Source: Malacoraja senta
Taxonomy: Eukaryota
Direction of reading: 5' to 3'
Assembly (NCBI GenBank): GCA_038087875.1
Contig: CM075998.1
Coordinates: forward strand, 7,194,001 to 7,241,299
DNA: 47,299 nt
Shown one piece after another: positions 10,590 through 20,611 of the stretch (the stretch's first letter is position 1; the number at the start of each line of letters is the position of its first letter). Below the pieces are notes generated by a model that was not told the origin of the DNA, made no database searches, and saw nothing but the letters and a program-made list of their open reading frames with translations. The translations under genes were made by a program, and so were the position numbers.

Positions 10590-11075
10590 TGGGGATGCAT
10601 GGAACTGCAGAAGCTCGAATCTTGAGCAAGAAGCAAACCACTGGTCAGTCAGCGTCTGTGGAGGGAATGGATGGGCAGAATTTAGGTGTGGGTCACTTCT
10701 TCAGACTGATTTTAATGGGGGAGAAAACTGGACAGGTAGAGAAGACGGGACAAATCCCGGAAAATGACGGGCGGATACAGATGAGGGGCGTTTGATTAGC
10801 AGATGAGTGGAGTAATTGACAATGGCAAGAGGAGAAAAGGAGACAAAGGGATGCGAGGTACGTGAGAAGCGGATTTAAATATGCGTGCGGGAAGGATATG
10901 GGTGAAGACGTGACGCGGGGGCGGGGTGGACTATAGTGTGTGAAATTGGTGCGCAACCGCGTGGGGCAGCTCAGGATCACTGAGGGGGAATGGGTGTTAC
11001 GGCAAATCGAACGGTCAATGTTCAAAGCGTTGAGTTGTAAGAAACACAATGAGAATGTGAGGTGCTGTTCACATC
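10590..11075 (-). mobile_element. Penelope-like element 3' fragment (end of GIY-YIG region plus terminus), decayed
   Basis: The minus strand encodes EQHLTFSLCFLQLNALNIDRS, resembling a PLE C-terminus, then a pyrimidine-rich UTR and a degenerate terminus. Confidence 0.65.
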
Positions 11076-11214
11076 ACAAATCCTGTCCCCTACCCCCTCC
11101 CCCTTGCCTATGTCCCTAACCCACGCACAACTCTTCATTTTCCGCACGTATTCCCCCCACTACCCGCCCTCTACCCCATCTGTCCCCTCCTCTGTTCTCC
11201 AAGTAACAGTCCGG

Positions 11215-12020
11215 TCTTGCAAGTTGCTTCAAGTTCAAGTTTAAGTTACATGTATTATCACATGCACCAGTTGGTACAGTGAGATTTGAGTTACCATACA
11301 GCCATACGGTTTTCGACTTCAGGGTTTGTACTTCCACCCTAGGTAGTAGCCAGACGAAGACATGGCACGGATGGTGTTGCCCTTGATGATAAATGCCACC
11401 TTCTCGAAACAGCGCCTCATGCAAATGTTTTCGTTGGTGTGGAGGTCACAGTGGGGATGGCCGTTATAGAACGGGTCGAGTCCTCCACGCACTACAGCCG
11501 CTTGCGTTCCTGTGCTTTCGAATGGCCAATCCAAGCCATGCTATAACCAGTCAGGATATTTCCACAGTGCAACCTTGGAGGTTTGTTTGGAATATTCGGA
11601 GCCATGCGGGATCTTTTATTCGTTCGAAATATAGACGCGTTAGCGCGCCACCTTTGTGGGTACATAAATGTACTGTCATGTTAACGCCCAGGACTTGGCC
11701 ACCGCTAACGTTGTCCACCTCTGACCCAACAATAAAAGCCGGTGCGTGGTCCCCCAGTTGCCTCTTTCTGAAGATACTCAAAATGCTGGAGTAACTTAGC
11801 AGGACAGGCAGCATATCTGGATAGAAGGAATGGGTGACGTTTCGCGTCGAGACCCTTCTTCCACTTTCTGAATTCAGCGATGAGTTACTTGGTCTTGTTG
11901 ATGTGAAGCCAGAGATTGATGTTGCGGCATCATTCAACCATGTAACTCTATCCCTTCTGTACATGGCTCATGATCACCAGTAATTCAGTCAACCACATGA
12001 TTGTCATCATCGGATTTATA
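11215..12020 (-). mobile_element. Rex1/Babar-like LINE 3' fragment, interrupted by a short Penelope terminus (11773-11860)
   Basis: Minus-strand remnants YKxDDD, ..AFIVGSEVDNV..LGV.. and ..IIK..H.CH..F..LP. Tail (TGAACT)n. The insert is flanked by CCTCTTTCTGAA / CCACTTTCTGAA (11761-11772, 11861-11872). Confidence 0.65.
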
Positions 12021-12388
12021 CTATCGCTGCCATTGTTGTACCAAGCTGTTACTTTGCCCAATAACACCAACTCTAAATTTGGTCTATAAATCCTGTCAAT
12101 CAACGTTGTATCTATCCCCACTTCTAAAATCTAGAATTATCCTTATTCAAAATTCGTAAAATTTAAAGAGCTGCGTTTACTTCGCATAAAACGCTCTCCC
12201 ACTGAGACTCAGACATCAGGTTAGGCTTGCGTCTGAATATAATGCCTGGTATGGTCCTTCCACGATTTGGACTATCCGCAAGCTATTACAATATGGATAC
12301 GACTAACGTATTTGCCACGCTACACCTGTTGCACGAAGTAAGTCTCTGTTAATATTGGGGAGTTAAAGACAGCCACTGCGACTGACCT

Positions 12389-12478
12389 AGGGTAGACACA
12401 GAATGCTATAGTAACTCAACCGACAGGCAGCATCTCTGGAGAGAAGGAATGGGTGACGTTTCAGGTAGAGACCCTTCT
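12389..12478 (-). mobile_element. Short Penelope-terminus insertion with a 12-bp TSD (1 mismatch)
   Basis: TGCGACTGACCT at 12377-12388 and TGCGACAGACCT at 12479-12490. Confidence 0.7.
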
Positions 12479-12576
12479 TGCGACAGACCTGTTGCTTTAG
12501 TATTAATCCATAATCTATCAATGTGTCTGTTCCTCTGTCTTGCGCTGGCTGTAGGGATGCTTATAATATAATTGCA

Positions 12577-12860
12577 TGTTTAGACAAAGTTTAAACGTGC
12601 AGCTTGGAAACAGGCCATTCGACTCATCGAGTTGGTGCCGACCATCCGTTGTCATATTACGTCACGTCCGCTCCCACTTCAACACACCAGGGTCCATTTA
12701 CAGAGGCCGTGTTACCTACAAATCTGCACGTCATTGGGATGTGGAAGGAAATCGGAGCACGTGGAGGAAATTCTGGCACTTACTGGCATAACATGGAAAT
12801 TCCACATATATAACATTCAAGGTCAGGGTTAAACCGGAGTCTACCAGTCACTGTGCCCCT
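12577..12860 (-). mobile_element. tRNA-derived V-SINE (HE1-like) with a CR1-type 3' end, decayed
   Basis: The + strand shows gggatgtggaaggaaatcggagcacgtggaggaaa..aaattccaca (V-domain-like), ggtcagggttaaaccggagtct (B-box region) and ggaaacaggccattcgact (CR1-like tail). Confidence 0.7.
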
Positions 12861-13152
12861 TCCCTCAGTAATTGATTTTTCTTCCTATTGTTGATCGATA
12901 CTCATATTATCTTTGTGAAACCACCCCAATACATCCATTCTGAGAACAGCAGTGACATTCACCCTGATTCATAAAATAAATCGTCCACCTACAACCATAC
13001 TACTTCTCCAACACCAGACCCCGATGCCAGTCCTCACACCCAATATCCTCTGAGCTCCCGTTCTTGCGGCGAGCATCCTACTATCCCTTTGACCCAGCTC
13101 CTACCCCGAATAGGTTTTCATCCCTCCTGACGTCCCACCTTCTGTTGCAGAA

Positions 13153-13248
13153 TATAGACACAAAAAGCTGTAGTAACTCAGCGGGACAGACAGCATCGCT
13201 GGAGAGAACGAATGGGCGACGTTTCGGGTCGAGACCCTTCTTCAGACA
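13153..13248 (-). mobile_element. 96-bp Penelope-terminus insertion with a 14-bp TSD
   Basis: CTTCTGTTGCAGAA at 13139-13152 and 13249-13262. Confidence 0.8.
13218..13245 (-). ncRNA. Minimal hammerhead-ribozyme core (intact)
   Basis: Minus strand reads CTGAAGA-A-GGGTC-TC-GACCC-GAAA-CGTC. Confidence 0.7.
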
Positions 13249-13749
13249 CTTCTGTTGCAGAACGGTCAGTCGTCAGCAGAGGCCCGACCCTTGTGTCCCA
13301 ACGTCCACATCTCAACGAGTTCCGAGCTCGACATGACGTTCAGATATTCTTCCGTCGCCTCTGCCTTCGGGCATTTCTCTCCGATAAGGAGTCCACGCGC
13401 CCAGTAACGACCCCTTTCCCCAAACTTCGACCTCCGCGTGGACCCCTGCCCTCCTACCGCCCTGTCCCCTCTCTGAAACTTTTTATTTCTAACTGATGAC
13501 ACGACATCAACCGTCTTGACGTCTTCACACCACGTACCCACTCCAATCTCACCCAATTTGAATGCATGGCGCTCCACTCATTCAGCGGCAATCCCAGCAT
13601 TGTCACTAAACCTGCCGATAAGGGAGGGCTGCCGTCTACATTACTGGGGCCAGGCGCCAGCTCTTGAGCGACTCCTCATACCTCCCCCTTGATCATGATG
13701 CCACAGTCGAACACCAGGCCATCATCTCCCAGACTGTTCCGACCTCAGC

Positions 13750-14177
13750 AATGGGCGGAAATCCCGGGGGGACGGGGACACAGCCTACCATGTTTCGAGA
13801 GGTGGGGGACAATCCCCCCCATGCTTTGTAATCCGGATTTTGAAATTCGGTGAAAAAAATCTATTAAATGCCCCGCTTTCCGCGAGACAGTGGGGGTGTC
13901 ACAATAAAGCGCTTGTTAAATGTCTCTATTAACATCGTATTAACACGATGTGTCACCAATTGTGTTTTGACATTCAAGTATTATTGAAGGTATTCACGGA
14001 GAATTTCTTAAAGCTGTCTGATGTGAATACAATTACCATTTGAACTAATTGGATGTATTGGTGGATATGAAAGAATTAAACGGGAATCAGAATTAAACGG
14101 GTCAGGTCATTAAGGGCTCCAGTCGAACGGGTTTCCTGGCTGGCTTGCAGGTCACTCACGTTAATTAGTATTTTTTC

Positions 14178-14240
<63 letters not shown>

Positions 14241-14580
14241 CTCCAAGGTTGGTTCTGTTTGGCCTTTATTTGCTTCAGTTTTATTTGTTTAAGTGTTATT
14301 TATACATTGGAGCTTTTCAAAGATTCAAACGGGTATCAGACGCTTTCTAAGGGCTGAATCGGCCTGTTCCCGGGGCCTTTCATCGCCCGGCCCGGCTTAA
14401 AATCAAACTGCTGTACCGAGGCGAGCGAGGCGATCGAGGCGATCGAGGCTCCCGATGTTGAAGCCCCTACTGGCCGATTTTAAGCCGTGCCGGGCGATGA
14501 AAGGCCCCGCGAACGGGCCGATTCAAGCCCCACAATTCGGGGCGGACGTTCGAAGTCGGTCACCAACCAGGTCGATCTGG
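13750..14580. mobile_element. One end of a non-autonomous DNA transposon (hAT-like), with (CT)n and an internal hairpin
   Basis: Starts CAATGGGCGGAAATCCCGGGGGGACGGGGACA, resembling hAT-type termini. (TC)n at about 14181-14236, inverted repeat at 14351-14404 / 14476-14530. No matching right TIR seen. Confidence 0.5.
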
Positions 14581-15782
14581 CGATAAGGGAGACCCGTTGT
14601 AGTATGGCAGGCTGCTGTCTACATTACTGAGGCAGGCGCCAGCTCTTGAGCAACTGCTCATACCTCCCTCTTGATCATGATGCCACAGTCGAACACCAGG
14701 CCATCATCTCCCAGACTGTTTCCGATCTCATCAACTGTGGCGATCACCGAACCACAGCCTCCAACCTTATCTTTGGCCAGTCGCGCACCGCCCGCTTCTA
14801 CGTCCTTCCAAAATTCCACCATTGTTTTCGTCCGTTCCGTCCCACTGAACTCATCCCCAAATAACGTGACGCCATCCTAACCTCCCTTGTCAACAGTTCA
14901 TTCCAACGAACACCCGATATATCACACACGCCCTTCAACTCTTCAATATCAGTGATCGCCATTGCCTCATCTTGACCATGGGCCTCCAGTCCTTTACACA
15001 TACATTCGCTTCCAGAAAGGTCTTAAGGCCCTTCGTTTTTCCACGAAAAGAGGCCCAGTCCATCATTCTCTACTGAAGCTCTCATTGGCCTGACGGAATT
15101 TGCCCCCACTCTCAACAACATTTCATTCCTTTCACTTTTTCCAAGTTAAAGGTGTAAACATGGGAACTCGCATGGGCGCCAGCTACACCTACCTTTTATT
15201 GGTTACTTTGAAAAGCCTTTGTTCCAAACCACTAACTTTTTTCCTGCTACATCATGGACTGCATGAGGACTCCCCCGCCCCCCCCCCCCCCTGCACCCGT
15301 GAACTCCCTGAGTTCATTAACCTTGCTACTGACGTCAAACCTGCCTGGTCTCCCTTGTCTCCATCAGATTGTGCAGACTATCGAGTGATGGCTACAATAT
15401 GCCTACCAAATCCCGCAGTTATCTGTACTGCACGTCTTCCCACCCTGCCTCTTGCAAAAACGCTATATCCTTTTCTCAACACCCACGTGTCCACCGCATC
15501 TGCTCTCGTGACGAGGTGTTACTCTGCGCAACATCCGAGATGTACTCGGTCTTCAGTTAAAGTCATTTCACACCTGCATCCATAGATTGATCCTTCCGTT
15601 GATATGCATAAGGGCATTCAGCACCTCCCCAACTGTAATAAAGAGACTTGCATTGACTGCCCCAAGTTTCCTGGTTCATAAGTCTTTCTTCACGGTAAAA
15701 ATACAGGAGCAATACTCATTGAGGACCTTGTCCACCACTTATGCCTCCACAGAGTTGATCGCTTTGATTCCTGAAGGATGAA

Positions 15783-15960
15783 CGTTGAGTAATTCACATA
15801 TACTCACAGATCTGGTATAACAGAATTTATTGAGTATGTATACAACACACTACAGCACGTGACTCTTACCATGCAGCAGTACTAACTACCAGCACATGTC
15901 GGTTTGCGACAATATGAATGGTGTGGTAGTAGGCGGAGCTTATAATGATAAAGCACTACA
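15783..15960 (-). mobile_element. Possible solo LTR
   Basis: The minus strand begins TGTAGT.. and contains TATAA and AATAAA in LTR order over about 180 bp. No TSD found. Confidence 0.3.
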
Positions 15961-16024
15961 TTGTTTAGTAAGTAAAGTAACCAATCTTCAGTTATTCTCT
16001 CTTTGGTTAGCCTTTTTCTCTTAA

Positions 16025-18115
16025 TGTGCCTCAGGGTTCGGTGCTGGGCCCGTTACTGTTTGTCATCTACATCAATGATTTGGATGAGAACATGCATGGC
16101 AGAATTAGCAAGTTTGCTGATGGTACAAAAGTGGGTGTTTTTGCAGATAGTGAGGATAGTTGTGATGAATTGCAGCAGGATCCTGATTGATTGTCCAGTG
16201 GGCTGAGGAATTATGATACAGAGACATGTGAGGTGTTACGTTTTGCGAAGTCTAACGTGGGCAGGACCTTCACGGTGAATGGTTGGACTCTGGGGGGTTG
16301 TGGAGCAGAGGAATTTAGGCGTACAGGTGCATGCTTCCTTGAAGGTCGAGTCGCAAGTAGATATGATTGTCAAAAAGGCTTTTGGCCCTTTGGCCTTCAT
16401 CAGTCAGGGTATTGAGGATAGAAGTTGGGAAGTCATGTTACAGTTGTATTAAACATTGGCGAGACCGCATTTAGAATATTGTGTTCAGTTCTGGGCACCA
16501 TGTTATAGGAAAGATATTGTCAAGCTGGAATGGGTACAGATAAGATTTATCGAGGATGTTGCCAGGACAAGAGGGTGCGAGCTATTGGGAGAGGTTGAGT
16601 AGGCTGGGGCTTTATTCTTGGAGCGCAGGAGGATGAGGGGTGATCTTAAAGAGGTGCATAAAATCATGACAGGAATAGATCGGGATGATGCACAGAGCCG
16701 TTTGTCCAGAGTAGGGGAATCGAGGAATCACTGTGGAAACGGGGGTCAAACAGGGATGCATCATCACACCCACCCTGTTTGTCGTCTTCATTGCTGCCAT
16801 ACTTCACCTCATTGGTGAAGAGCTGCCACAGGGGATCCCAATCCTCTACAGAACTGACGGTGGGTTCTTCAACCTCAATAAGTAGAAGGCCAAGAGCAAA
16901 GTCAGTAACATCGCCATCATGGAGCTTCAGTACGCGGACGACTGCGCCATTGCAGCACACTCTGCAGAAGACCTCCAGGGCATCCTGAATGCCTTTGCCA
17001 AGGCATACAGGCATCAAGAAGACCCAGGTCCTACATCAACCTCCACCCAACCAGCCGTCTACCCAGCCCACTATAAAAGTGGACGACACCACTCTTGAAA
17101 ACGTTGACCACTTCCCCTACCTTGGCAGCATTCTTTCCTCAAAAGCTGACATCGACTCTGAGGTCAACCATCACCTGAGTTGTGCCAGCGGAGCCTACGC
17201 CAGACTCAGGAAAAGAGTCTTTGAAGACCGAGACCTAAAGGCTCAAACAAAACTGCTGGTCTACAGAACAGTTGTCCTCTCCACCGTTGTATGGAGCTGA
17301 GTCACGGACCACCTACAGTAGGCACCTGAGAGCCCTGGAACAATACCATCAAAGATCCTTACGAAAGATTCTGAGGATCAGCTGGGAGGACAAACGCACC
17401 AACATCAGCGTTTTGGAGGAAGCCAACATGACCAGCATCACCACCACAATAATGCAGCACCAACTTCGATGGACTGGCCATGTCATCCACATGTCCAACA
17501 CACGTCTCCCTAAACACATCCTGTACTCTCAATTGAAGGAAGGTTGGCGAGTCCCGGGCGGGCCAAAGAAACGCTTCAAGGACAACATCAAGAACAGTCT
17601 GAAGAAATTCCACATCACATCGAGCAACTGGGAGCACATTGCACTGGACAGGCGCTCCTGGAGGAAATCCCTGCAGGAAGGGGCTGCACGTCACGAAATG
17701 GAACTACGCCGTGTCGCAGAGACAAAGCGACAGCACCGTAAGGAGAGAGAGAAGGGGCTCGATGAGTACCAACCACCGCCAGTCTCCACTGCCCACGTTG
17801 CACCAAGGTTTGTGGATCGCGGATCGGCCTCTACAGACATCTGCAGACCCACAAGTAGACGACGCCATGGAGAGGAGAGGACAGTCATACTCGTTTCGAG
17901 TGACCGCCGATGATGATGATGATGGGAATCGAGGACCAGAGGACATAGGTTTAAGGTGAAGAGGAAAAGATTTAATAGGAATCTGAGGGGTAAGCTTTTC
18001 ACACAAAGGGTGGTCGATGTCAGGGGAGGTAGTCGAGGCAGGGACTACCCCAAACCTTTTAGAAACAGTTGGACAGGTACATGTACAGGTTTGGAGGGAT
18101 ATGGACCAAACGCTG
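16025..18115 (+). mobile_element. Decayed CR1 3' fragment interrupted by an RTE
   Basis: [33 protein letters not shown], and FTQRVV after the RTE. Contiguous once 16727-17935 is removed. Confidence 0.85.
16727..17923 (+). mobile_element. RTE-clade LINE, 5'-truncated, with (GAT)n tail and 12-bp TSD
   Basis: GGGAATCGAGGA at 16715-16726 and 17924-17935. Encodes GVKQGC..PTLF, QYADD, FPYLGS, LRWTGHV..M...RLPK..LY. Confidence 0.92.
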
Positions 18116-18379
18116 GCACGTCGCACGTACTAATCAATGAGTTGATCCGCCTTACCCGTCAGATCTCTCAAATTAAAATAATTACAATTCAAACCAACAG
18201 TCCTTCCACAACCCCGCCATTCTCCTACCTATTCTGTCCACTGAACCTCATTTCATCACTATCCATATCGACTTCCAGCCTCCCACCAGAGAGGAAGAGT
18301 TGTAGGAGTAACATTCATTGAGAATGATCTTGTGCACAGACCGTTGGCAGTAAACATTTAAACTTGCTGATGACGGTAC

Positions 18380-18434
18380 CTTGAAGAAGTGACAAGAGGA
18401 AGTACGATATCCCAATCATTTTTCCATCCCACAT
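18380..18434 (-). other. Candidate leader (signal-peptide) exon, phase 1
   Basis: The minus strand reads MWDGKMIGISYFLLSLLQ+G then donor AAG|GTACCG, in unique DNA with a GC-richer upstream region (18435-18740). Spliced to the 1258 acceptor it gives ..LLSLLQGTLT.. Confidence 0.3.
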
Positions 18435-18959
18435 ATCCCGTCAGTTTTCCGATCCCCGGGTCGGGAGGAGAAAACAGATAATGAGACCTTTCCTCCTGTC
18501 CGGCTGCTCTCGGGAGATTCCAACTGCTGTTTGACCCGTTCCGAGACCCGAGACTGCTGCTGTCTTTGCTCATACCCCATTCTCCCAGGTACAATCTCCA
18601 GTTGGGGCCAGCTCTCAGCGCAGTGTCTTACACAGCCCACAGGGCCTCTCCGCGAGTTCAGTGACTGCTGCGATCACAGAATGGCTTTGATAGCCGGCGC
18701 CAGATCCACCCGCTAGCAGAGCTGTCTCCCACAGTCACAGACCATGGAAACAAGGCATGAATAACATGAGCTTGGAAATTCTCAGAGAGACACATGACAT
18801 TTCAAATGCTGGCATCCTCGGTAAGAAACAAAGTGCTTTCGAAACTCAGCGAGTTTGGCAGCACCTTTGGAGGGAATAGGCAGATGACGGTTCTGAACGG
18901 GACCCCTCCAGACTGATGGAGATGGAGTAGTGCAAAGTCTGGCAAGTGATAGGTGTATA

Positions 18960-19740
18960 TATTGAATTGCACAGTGCAGAAACAGGCACCCTGGGCCACA
19001 ATGTCTGTGCCGATCATGATGCCAAGGCAATCTCCTTACTCTGCACGTGATCCATATCTTTCTATTCCCTGCATATACATATGGCCATCCAAAAATCTCT
19101 AAAACGCTGCTATCGTATCTTCCTCCACCACCATCCCTGGCAGCATGTTCCTGCAATCTACCACTATAAACCTTGCCCCACACACATTTAAGCTATGCCT
19201 GCTAGTCTTTCATATTTCCACCCTGGGAAAAAGGTCCTGATCGTCTAACCTTTCTCTGCCTCTCGTAGTTTTATGTATTTCTGTCAGCTCTCCCCTCCAG
19301 CGCTCCAGAGAAAACAATCCGTCTACCCAATCTCCCCCTGTAGCTAATATCCTGTCAATCAGGCATCGTTCGGAAGTAAACCTCCTTTGCTCCTGTCCAA
19401 AGCCTCTACGTCCTTTTTCTTTTAGGGCGACTGGAATTGCACATAATACTCCAAAAGCGAGCTAAATATAAACCTGTATCATGACTTCCTGACCCTTCTA
19501 CTCAATGCTCCAAACAGTGAAGACCAACCTACCATATGCCTTCTTTACAACTCTAATTAGTGTCGCCACTTACAGAGAGTTATGGGGTTGTCCCCAAGAT
19601 CCCCAGATACGTCAATGCTGCTATGGTATCTTTACCCCCTTCCATTCGTCCTCCCAAAGTGCAAAACCTCACATTTGCTTGTATTCAACACCAACTGTCT
19701 TTCTCTGCAAGTTGCTGTAGCTCATCTATATCCCGCTGTG
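18960..19740 (-). mobile_element. Decayed CR1 3' fragment
   Basis: Minus-strand QRDIDEL..KCE remnants and a CR1-type 3' UTR (gaaacaggcaccctgggcccaca on the + strand). Confidence 0.7.
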
Positions 19741-19755
19741 GACATCAGTCCATCA

Positions 19756-20352
19756 GTCTTCTGCAGTTGTATATGGCTCTGGTAAGACCACATCTGGAAT
19801 ATTGTGTACAGTTTTGGTCTCCTAATTTGAGGAAGGACATCCTTGTGATTGAGGCAGTGCAGCGTAGGTTCACGAGATTGATCCCTGGGATGGCGGGACT
19901 GTCATATGAGGAAAGATTGAAAAGACTAGGCTTGTATTCACTGGAGTTTAGAAGGATGAGGGGGATCTTATAGAAACATATACAATTATAAAAGGGCTGG
20001 ACAAGCTAGATGCAGGAAAAATGTTCCCAATGTTGGGCGAGTCCAGAACCAGAGGCCACAGTTTTAGAATAAAGGGGAGGCCATTTAAGACCGAGGTGAG
20101 AAAAAACGTTTTCACCCAAAGAGTAGTGAATTTCTGGAATTCACTGCCACAGAAGGCAGTGGAGGCCAAATCACTGGATGGATTTAAGAGAGAGTTAGAT
20201 ATAGCTCTAGGGGCTAGTGGAATTAAGGGATATGGGGAGAAGGCAGGCACGGGTTATTGATTTGGGACGATCAGCCATGATCACAATGAATGGCAGTGCT
20301 GGCTCGAAGGGTCGAATGGCCTCCTCCTGCACCTATTTTCTATGTTTCTATG
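19756..20352 (+). mobile_element. CR1 3' fragment with a (TTTCTATG)n tail (tail continues at 23901-23913)
   Basis: [35 protein letters not shown], then the 3' UTR and octamer tail. Confidence 0.9.
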
Positions 20353-20563
20353 TGTAAACAAGAGCCAAAGTCATTGCGTGGTTTAAACACGTCTTTAATA
20401 ATCACTTAGCAGCACTAGGATAACTGGTTGTCAGTACACCCTAGCTGCTCGAACCCAAGTGCCGGGGTGGGGCGTCAGTAAGAGTGTTAGTATGGGTGTT
20501 GTGAAGGGGTGGAGTTAGTGGTGCTAGCTTGTGTGTGATTGGTTCACATGCACTCAATCTACA
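20353..20563 (-). repeat. Gypsy 3' LTR (211 bp)
   Basis: Matches 23678-23900 with 6 substitutions and 2 indels by my count. PPT CCCAAAGGGGAAGGA is adjacent at 20564-20578. Confidence 0.95.
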
Positions 20564-20611
20564 TCCTTCCCCTTTGGGATTAAGTGTGGAAAGGGCACCC
20601 ATGCCATGGAG

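Larger units (their letters stand above)
12930..15580 (+). mobile_element. Decayed Penelope-like element ORF (RT region), interrupted by insertions
   Basis: Remnants ..KPADKG.., RTARFYVLPKFH, FFQVKGVNMGTRMGASY, YLYCTSSHPASCKNAISFSQ..RICS, with many frameshifts. Confidence 0.8.

Noticed and set aside
11997..12089. Signal-peptide-like short ORF MIVIIGFILSLPLL..
   Set aside because: It starts within the antisense of a Rex RT motif (YKFADD remnant) and has no splice partner.
12242..12343. Short ORF ending at a perfect GTAAGT donor
   Set aside because: No recognisable protein features and no downstream exon found.
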